From Octopus vulgaris (lineage: Eukaryota), in NCBI GenBank assembly GCA_951406725.2, contig OX597818.1:100130001-100194000 (forward strand): a stretch of 64,000 nt of DNA. The letters are read 5' to 3'. Below, one piece after another: positions 55,667 to 64,000 of this stretch. The notes beneath the pieces are model-generated. The model did no database searches. It was not told the DNA's origin and saw nothing but the letters and a program-made list of their open reading frames with translations. The stretch's first letter is position 1. Every line of letters starts with the position of its first letter. Position numbers and translations under genes: made by a program.

Positions 55667-56060
55667 TCTTTACTCTTTTACTCTTTTACTTGTTTCAGTC
55701 ATTTGACTGCGGCCATGCTGGAGCACCGCCTTTAGTCGAGCAAATCGACCCCGGGACTTATTCTATCGGTCTCTTTTGCCGAACCGCTAAGTGACGGGGA
55801 CGTAAACACACCAGCATCGGTTGTCAAGCAATGCTAGGGGGACAAACACAGACACACAAACACATACACACACACATACATATATATATATACATATATA
55901 CGACGGGCTTCTTTCAGTTTCCGTCTACCAAATCCACTCACAAGGCATTGGTCGGCCCGGGGCTATAGCGGAAGACACTTGCCCAAGATGCCACGCAGTG
56001 GGATTGAACCCAGAACCATGTGGTTGGTTAGCAAGCTACTTACCACACAGCCACTCCTGC
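55667..56060 (-). mobile_element. SINE family A, young full-length copy
   Basis: Minus gcaggagtggctgtgtggtaagtagcttgc...ggttctgggttcaatccc; tail (gagtaaaa)n. Confidence 0.93.
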
Positions 56061-56359
56061 TGTTTAATTACGAGATTTGTTCGCCAGAGTCAACCCACCT
56101 CTAATCATTTTTTACGTAACTTGAGGCTAACAGGAAATCTATTACCCTCATATTTATAGTAAAATAATTATGGTACTTGATATTTGTAAGGGAACACTAA
56201 GATGAATGTATCAATTTTGGTTGCTGTTTAGTACTTAGATGGGCGTTGGTTAGAAGAATAGGAAAAAAAAAACATGGTATGTTTGATCTACTTCAATATC
56301 ACATTCGAAAAATTTGCAACCCAAAATCTAAATATAGCGATTAAACTAAAGCAGTTTCC

Positions 56360-56410
56360 TTAATCTATCTATCTATCTGCTTGTCTGTCTGTCTGTCCGT
56401 CCGTCTATCC

Positions 56411-56464
<54 letters not shown>

Positions 56465-56700
56465 ATGATGTAACAGTCAGTCCGTCTGTCTGTCTGCACA
56501 TCTGTCTGTCAGTCTGAGCGTCCATCCATCTGTCTGTTTGTCTGTCAGTCTGTCAGTCTACTTATCCATATGTCTGTCTGTCCATCCGTCTCTCTGTCTA
56601 TTTGTCTGTCTGTCTCTCTCTCTATCTGTCTATGTATCTATCTAACAATCTATCTATCTATCTATTGTTTTATCCATCTATCTATCTATCTATTCTTTTC
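56360..56700. repeat. (CT)n and (TCTG/TCTA)n low-complexity tract
   Basis: Direct reading. Confidence 0.92.
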
Positions 56701-57169
56701 TTTCTTTCCTTCTTTCTGCGTCTTCCTTTTTTTTATCTTAATTGGCAAAATGCATTGTGAAAACGACTTTCAACAAATACGACGATAGTGAAAAAGATAT
56801 CGAATCAAATTACACTTTTCGTGTACCAGTATCATGTAGAGTAGACATTATGAAGCAGTACAGAAGTAGCTGCAACGGCAGAAGCTCTAGCATCATTCAT
56901 CTAGAGTATGAAGTATAGTTTAGTAGTGTCTCATTCAGAAATAGAAATTTATTTAAATTCATTAAGTAGCGTTAAAGTTAGTATTATCGTGCATGTCAAC
57001 AACATTATATAGAAATTGAAACAACTGAAATAAGATAAAGACTATCAATTCCATTAGTATCTTAAGTTAGTAAATCTAAATATGTGAAACAAAATGCGAA
57101 CATACATCAACCGTGTATTAAAGACAAGAACTGCAACTGTAAAGTCAATAGAGATTCTAACTTCATTAT

Positions 57170-57320
57170 AGGCGTAGGACTGGCTGTGTGGTAAGTCGCT
57201 TGCTTACCAACCACAATAGTTCGGGGTTCAGTCCCACTGTGTGGCACATTGGGCTAGTGTCTTGTACTATAGCCTAGCGCCGACGGAAACTGAAAGAAGA
57301 CTGTCGTATATATATATATT

Positions 57321-57380
<60 letters not shown>

Positions 57381-57603
57381 TGCGTGTGTGCGTGTGTGTG
57401 TGTGTTTGTGTATCTGTGTTATCCCCCCCAACATCGATTGACAATTGATGTTGGTGTGTTTACGTCCCCGTAACTTAGCGGTTCGGCAAAAGAGACCGAT
57501 AGAAAAAGTATTAGGCTTACAAAAAATAAGTCCTGGGGTCGATTTACTCGACTAAAAGGCGGTGCTCCAGCATGGCCACTGTCAAATGACTGAAACAAGT
57601 AAT
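57170..57603 (+). mobile_element. SINE family A, near full length
   Basis: ggcgtaggactggctgtgtggtaag...ggggttcagtccc...ggcggtgctccagcatggcc...tgactgaaacaagtaa. Confidence 0.92.
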
Positions 57604-58400
57604 TAAAAAAAGAACCTCAAGAAGTGAAGGTTACAACTTTTATCTGGAAGTGAATCTAATTTACTGTGGTTGCAGACAGATTCCCTAGAACTTACATAAT
57701 GGAACATGCTATTATGAATTAAATTTATGACGCGTAAACTAACTTCCATTTGAAGTATGGATATCTTCAAACACACTTGGTACAACGCTATCATATAACA
57801 CTCCCTACAAGGTCTTCGTGTACTGCACAAACATGAAAAACATGCGCAGCGTTATCTTGTAGTAGAAGTTTGGTATATATGTATTACAATTTCAGTAACC
57901 TGGATAATAAAAACAATGGAACGTTAGTAATTGCAACATTAACATGAAGATCATTAAGAACCCAGGAATCAGATAATGCAGCAAGCATTATGTGATCGAT
58001 AACTGACGACTAGTTTTACAGTAATAAAAATAAAACGTGTGACTGCAATAAGAATACCGACTCGTGCATTTAACGATGTCCGCATAAACAGATTTGTTGC
58101 AGAAAATCATGTTTGTAAATTTGATCCGTTTTAATGATTGCTGTACCAAGAGCGGCCACACGGAAACGCAATCATTCGCAAAATACTTGCAATTTAGCAG
58201 CGACAACAGCACTGTGATAAGAAAGTGTGCCATCGCCTATTATATTAACATCGTTAATAACGATGATTTTATTTTTAGCTAAAAAAACGTAACGGTTTAT
58301 ATTCCACAACAATTTGAATTCGAACTAGTAAAACAGTGTTGGATGTGTGGAAGTATTTTTGTTTTGCTACTCATTGTATCTATTATCATTTCCTTCCGTA

Positions 58401-58508
58401 TATGCCGCAAATGAGAATTTCAATGGTAAATAAGATACGGTATGTAGAATATTTTCAATATGCCGCAAATGAGAATTTCAATGGTAATTAAGATACGCTA
58501 TGTAGAAT
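58401..58508. repeat. Tandem duplication with a 58-bp period
   Basis: tatgccgcaaatgagaatttcaatggtaa.taagatacg.tatgtagaat occurs twice with 2 mismatches. Confidence 0.92.
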
Positions 58509-60844
58509 TGACTGAGATATATCAATATTGAGTATTGTAGACTCTTATCAGACATGGAAGAGAGAAGGTTGAAATGTAGCCAGGTTTGAACTCACAAACG
58601 AAAGGCATGAAAATATATAGCATAATATTTGTCTCACACCACTGTTCAAGCACCAACGGCGATGCAAATCAAGAAATATATTAGCAAGAACCAGATGAGA
58701 AATACAGCAATGGCAGAACCATTGAAACAATACTAATACTAACAACTAAAATCGACATTCTGATAAACAAGAATAACAACTGCAAAAATGATAAACACAA
58801 GATTATCATGAATAACAACAAAAAAAAAACGTAAAGAAGAATAAACGATATTAACAAGAATAGCAACAATAATGATAACAAGAAACATGAATGCAAATCT
58901 CTAAAAACCAAATGTAAATAAAATAAATAAATAACTGACTTCAGTAGCAATAACAAGAAGAACTAGAGAGTAAGAGAATTGCAACAACGAAAGCAACAAG
59001 AAATAGAACAAAATGTTCGGCAACACGCTATAGATGAAACGATTTATGAATGATGCACATATTCAATTACGCAACACACACACGCACACATGTAGACAAC
59101 ATTCCTTGCTTCAAATACACACGATTATTTATCTACAAACGCACATATATGCAGTTTCTCTGCGTGTGTATATACATGTATAGGCACATTAACATATCCA
59201 AAAATATACGCTTACAATGGCAGTCGATCACATACAAACTTACACAAAATATTCTTCAAATACACAGAAATACACCCATTTACGAACAGACAAATACATC
59301 GATAGACGAATACACTCACAAATAGAATCTCATCGACACAAAGATACATTTGCGTAAGAAACACATTCTCACTTAAACACATGTACATTTGCACACGTTA
59401 TTCATGAAATAAAATAAAAAAGCATACACACACAATACGTACACACTTATAAAACAACAACACATACAATTATACTGACGATATCTTTCAAAACCCACCA
59501 ACTCTCACATACATAAAGACGCACACTAACACGCCGAAGAAGAAAGAATACATTCAGCAATTATCAGGCATCTAAAAGAAGACTGTCAGTCGCCATATTG
59601 CATCGATTTAGTATAGGAAAATCTCACGTAGCATCTACAGCACGATTGCCGTTCTGAAGAGCTGTTCTGGCCACCATAATTTACGACTGCACAGTTTTGC
59701 GATGTGAAATTGCTTTACAATCTATTTCAGACGTCTCTACATCGCTGCTACTGGCTTTGTTATTCCGTTTACTTTTTTTATGATATAAGCACAAGCCAGT
59801 GCTTAAAATGCCAGAGAATAGTCCACTGAATCGATTCTGGAACCTTTATGTTGCTCACTGCATTAAACGGAAAGCAAAAATGCTCAGCCGTCAATAGCAA
59901 AATTAGAAAGGAAACTGAAAATAATATATTTAGCCTAATTGGATTGCTATCAAAATCGTATTTTTCTTACTGGCTTCTCACATAAGGACACGCGTAAATT
60001 CGTGCAAATGATGGAACTGAAACATACACCAATTCCTGACTGGTATTAGTTTTGCCTTTGCCTGGAAATAAGGAATACCAATGTGCTAATAATGTGGTAG
60101 CTAAACAAGTGAAAATAATGACAGAGCTCTACGAACATAATTTCCAAGACCTTTATACATATCGTCTTTCATGCAGGCGCTGACAATTCCAACTGAAAAA
60201 TACAACTTTTAATGATCTTTCACTGAAAAAACAAACAAAACATTTATTCTTATTTTATGATGTCTAAAGATATTCAGAAACAAATTTTATATCGGATGTT
60301 ACAAATACTATTATATAAAATCTAGTAGAATCGAATAAAAAAAAGTAAGTAGAATGTTTCGGTACCTGATATAATAGTGATCATAATGAATAAAATAAGA
60401 AACACGATTTGATGGAAATAGAATTGTCGCAATGTCATCTGACTAGGGACAGGATTATCCCCTAGTGATCAAACACCATAACAAAATCAACATTTATTCT
60501 CTATTTCAAACACATTATCAATATCACCTAGAAACATATAATCAATCCAACTTACTCTCACCCGACACTAACATAATACAGAGTGGTTATACGATCAGTC
60601 CACCTTAAAATGTCACGTCAAGACGAAACTAATGCAGATTTCCGTCTAATGAAGTGGGCAACATGAAAATCAAAAGTGGTGCTAGAATTTAATCTCGATT
60701 AGATTATGAAAGGCAGTTCTTTTACTTACAATTAAAAATCACTCACATAACATTTGAAACAGAAACGTGACTGACACTCATTAATAAGCAGCTTTGATGC
60801 TGAAGCTGCTTCACAGAAGTTTTGCACTTTGTATATCATATGTC

Positions 60845-61145
60845 CCGTGGAGGCACATGGCCTAGTGGTTAGAGCAGTGAACTCGTGGTCGAGGGATCGT
60901 GGGTTCGAATCTCAGACCGGTGATTTGTGTGTTTATGAGCGAAACACCTAAGCTCCACGCGGCTCCAACAGAAGGTAATGGCGAACTTCTGGCTCTTTCG
61001 CCACAAATTTCTCTCACTCTTTTCTCCTACATCTGGCAGCTCACCTGCAACGGACCGACGTCCCGTCCAGGTGGGGAATCTATATGTCAAGGAAACCGGG
61101 AAACCAGCCCTGATGAGCCAGGCGTTGTTCGAAAAGGAACAAACA
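60845..61145 (+). mobile_element. SINE family C, full length with 12-bp TSD
   Basis: A-box tggcctagtggttagagc, B-box ggttcgaatct; TSD atatcatatgtc at 60833-60844 and 61146-61157. Confidence 0.93.
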
Positions 61146-61662
61146 ATATCATATGTCAAAGCCACAAAACACAAATTTCAATTTCTGTCTTATTTCTCGC
61201 CTGAATTAAAATATGAGGAAATAACAGTGGACAATTTATGAGTTTGTTAGTTGAAAAAAAAAGGGAGTTCAAAATATTTAAAGAGTGAGGAATAGATTCA
61301 AAATTGATGCATATCTCTAACTCGTCTGTAATTCATATTCGTTTAAAAACATTTAATACGCAAGTAAATATTCCTCCTATTGCTTGTATTTAGAAAGCAA
61401 TTATTCAGATGAGTCATTCGATTTATTAGGAATACCAATAAATACTTCCCAAGATAAATTTGCTTATCACTCCTGAAATACATTTGACCATTGTTTATGT
61501 TGACGTAAACAGCAGCGACGACATCAATAGCATCATCAACAATCACCATCTTCATCACTACCGTTGCCGTCGATACCCGCGCTATCACCAAACATATAAT
61601 GAAGTTGTAAAATAATAATTAAGTTGTATAAATATATTTTATATATATATATATATATATAT

Positions 61663-61880
61663 TATTAATCAAAGAAAACGGGGGAAAAAACAAGGTCAAA
61701 CAACGCGAGTACGCGGTACATGCATAGCGTTAATAACACGCTCAGAGAAGCAAAACAAAGGGTGTTTTACGTTCGAGCAAAGCACTTCTTACGAAACAGG
61801 AGACAGAGAAAGACCCAAAAGAAAAGGAAGACGGAGGAAAAAAGATCACCAACTATCCACATGCAGTTACATTGTGGAAT
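61663..61880 (-). mobile_element. Old relative of family H1 with an eroded hammerhead
   Basis: caacgcgagtacgcgg...acgctcag...ttacgttcgagcaaagcacttc...ggaagacggaggaaaaaa...ccaac is collinear with 32418-32633; abuts (TA)n. Confidence 0.65.
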
Positions 61881-62106
61881 ACTCACACACGTGCACACAC
61901 GTGCACACACACACACATATATAATGTTTCCACATTTTGGTTCTTCAAAATGGACCTGTTAACCCACCAAACATCTATCATCAGGCGAAAGTCTTTTGCC
62001 TGAAGATTGCGAAACTCATGTCACGTGCCAAAAACTCAGGCTTAGTATTACTAACAAAAATATCATGTATGACATTTACTACTCGACATTTAGAAGCGTA
62101 TGTGTG

Positions 62107-62146
<40 letters not shown>

Positions 62147-62164
62147 TCGCTAGCAGCCACTACA

Positions 62165-62315
62165 CATTCTTTTTTATCTTCTCTCCTTGTTTCTTTCTGT
62201 GTCCCTTTCTGTGGAAGAGCGTAGGCTCGAAACGTTAAATACTTTTTCACTTCCCGAGCGTTATACTAATACACCAGCTGACTTCGTCTTTTGTTTTTTA
62301 TTTGTGAATTCTCCC
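62165..62315 (+). mobile_element. Family H2 copy with hammerhead-like motif (62205-62240), ending at (TA)n
   Basis: cttt-CTGTGGA-a-gagcgtaggctc-GAAAC-GTT-aaa; matches 16803-16965. Confidence 0.8.
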
Positions 62316-62372
62316 TATATATATATATATGTGGAGTGTGTGTGTATATATATATATGTAATGTGTGTGTGT

Positions 62373-62420
<48 letters not shown>

Positions 62421-63369
62421 ATGTGTGTGTGTGTCTGTATGCTCGCCTGTAGGGATATTTGTGTTATTTCGGGAATAATGTCATGCCAGAAATTTCCTTA
62501 TTCTAAAATTTGAAAACATTATCACAATCCTCTGCGTGGAAGGTTTCTTTACTGTAACGTCTGTTCAAGATAATTTTTGTGAGTGTACAGAATTAGTGTG
62601 GAGGGTTGTGTAATGGATTTTATATGTAATATAAAAGGCAAATTGTGTGTCATAATGTGATGCATCGGATGGACCCGGAAATTATGTTAAGTGTATAGTC
62701 GACTACATACATATTAATCTTACGAGGTGCTCGTGTGGTTTATCAAACAGTTCGATGTTCATCTTGTAGACCGACGGAGGATTGCTAACAGGCTTTCTTG
62801 TATTGTATGTGCACGTGCCTGTTCACTATATGAATTTCAAATTTTGCTCTATAGATTTTGAATTATATATGAACACATGCAACATCAAAATAAAATATTT
62901 TGCCTTTGCCGGTGAATATAAAATATTTATATTTGTAGTGCGATTGTGGTACATAAAACATTATATACCTTATCCTCCTCTACCTTTCTTCCTCACGCTC
63001 CCTTTCCTTTTCACTCTCTTCCTTCCCCCTCCTTCTACTTCTATAACTGTTCAGCATATGTTAGATTGGTGCAACTTTCTACTGCATCACCTGCTCCACC
63101 TCCGCATTGCTGGAGTGTGTGCAGCATTGTGTGTTCTTTTCTGCGGTTGGGAGTTTGCAAACACTTCCCGGTACTGTATTGTGTTAAAAACTTTTCTTGA
63201 GGTATGGTGCTGTATTTTGTTGTGTTGCCACTTGTATTGTGTGTTGAATATATAATGCATGTTTAACCAGGCTGCTGGTGGATGCTTATTTCACTGAGTA
63301 ATTGCAGTATAAAGTGTGTCTTGCATTTGCAGGTAACATTGACTAAGTTGTATTATTGAATTGATAACG

Positions 63370-63723
63370 TCTTCCGTAGGATGTTTAATGAAAGGTGGAT
63401 AAACGTCGCAAGAATGGCCAGTATGAAAGGAGCCATTCTGAGGATACACTTGTAATTAAAATGTATTACCAAAGGAGAAAGGGGCTCCCTACACCCCTTT
63501 TGACCAGGCTCCCTTTGGTTTTTATGGGGTTTTCCACCAGGTACCTTTCGTAACGCCTCCCCCTATTGGGAGTTTTTGGTTGTTATAATTTTTTTCGTTG
63601 TTACACTGTTTTTACACGTTTTTTTTTTACAAACGGACAAAACACTTTGTAACCTTTTGTCCTGTGTTTTGTCCCTCTATGTTTTAATTAATTTTTGTCA
63701 GCCCTTGTGGCCAATAGAAGAAT
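63370..63723 (+). mobile_element. Probable LINE 3' end whose terminus resembles one family B SINE tail
   Basis: Short frame end VFRRMFNERWINVARMASMKGAILRIHL*, then UTR ending gttttgtccctctatgtttt...agcccttgtggccaatagaagaa. Confidence 0.45.
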
Positions 63724-63724
63724 T

Positions 63725-63725
63725 A

Positions 63726-63787
<62 letters not shown>

Positions 63788-63805
63788 CATTATTATTATT
63801 ATTAT
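63725..63805. repeat. (TTA)n microsatellite
   Basis: Direct reading. Confidence 0.97.
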
Positions 63806-64000
63806 CTTTTGCCATTTTATAATTCCCGCTCCATAACGAAGAGACGATATCACCCACGTGTTAATTGCCAGGATTTTATTCCGGCCCGACAATTTTGAGA
63901 GAAGCACCAACCTCAGTCTTCAGAAATACCCCATCCTCAGTTGTTCTTTCATTTCCTTTTCCATTATCTCATTGAACTTCAGCACACCGAGGTGTTTGTG
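63806..64000 (-). mobile_element. R4/Dong-type non-LTR RT thumb-region fragment, running off the window edge
   Basis: HKHLGVLKFNEIMEKEMKEQLRMGYF*RLRLVLLSKLSGRNKILAINTWVISSLRYGAGIIKW fits YKYLG...SKL.G.N...AINTW....RY.AG...W; breaks off at (TAA)n. Confidence 0.85.

Noticed and set aside
58401-58508. CRISPR-like repeat-spacer pattern
   Set aside because: Only two 50-bp units in a eukaryotic context; a simple tandem duplication
61998-62041. cCTGAAGAttgcGAAACtcatGTC hammerhead-like words
   Set aside because: No stem II and no convincing stem I in that register; at most a badly decayed copy

Overview
AT-rich, microsatellite-saturated eukaryotic non-coding DNA. The repeat families resemble those of octopus/cephalopod genomes (inference from recognition, not a search). 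I recognise no host protein-coding gene, and almost all listed ORFs are read-throughs of (TA)n, (TG)n, (TAA)n or (GAT)n tracts. The window is a mosaic of three tRNA-headed SINE families, decayed non-LTR fragments (R4/Dong-type next to (TAA)n, HERO-like, RTE-like, CR1-like, and a Penelope GIY-YIG remnant), a Helentron-type non-autonomous element and hairpin MITE-like elements. The strongest unexplained signals are: (i) about ten minimal type-I hammerhead-ribozyme motifs in at least five short repeat families, most ending on (TA)n, including a head-to-head pair in a 190-bp palindrome and one copy directly behind a tRNA-like Pol III head; (ii) an 80-bp R4/Dong 3' end flanked by a perfect 142-bp direct duplication, an apparent very long target-site duplication. 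Coordinates were read by eye and element edges may be off by a few bases.
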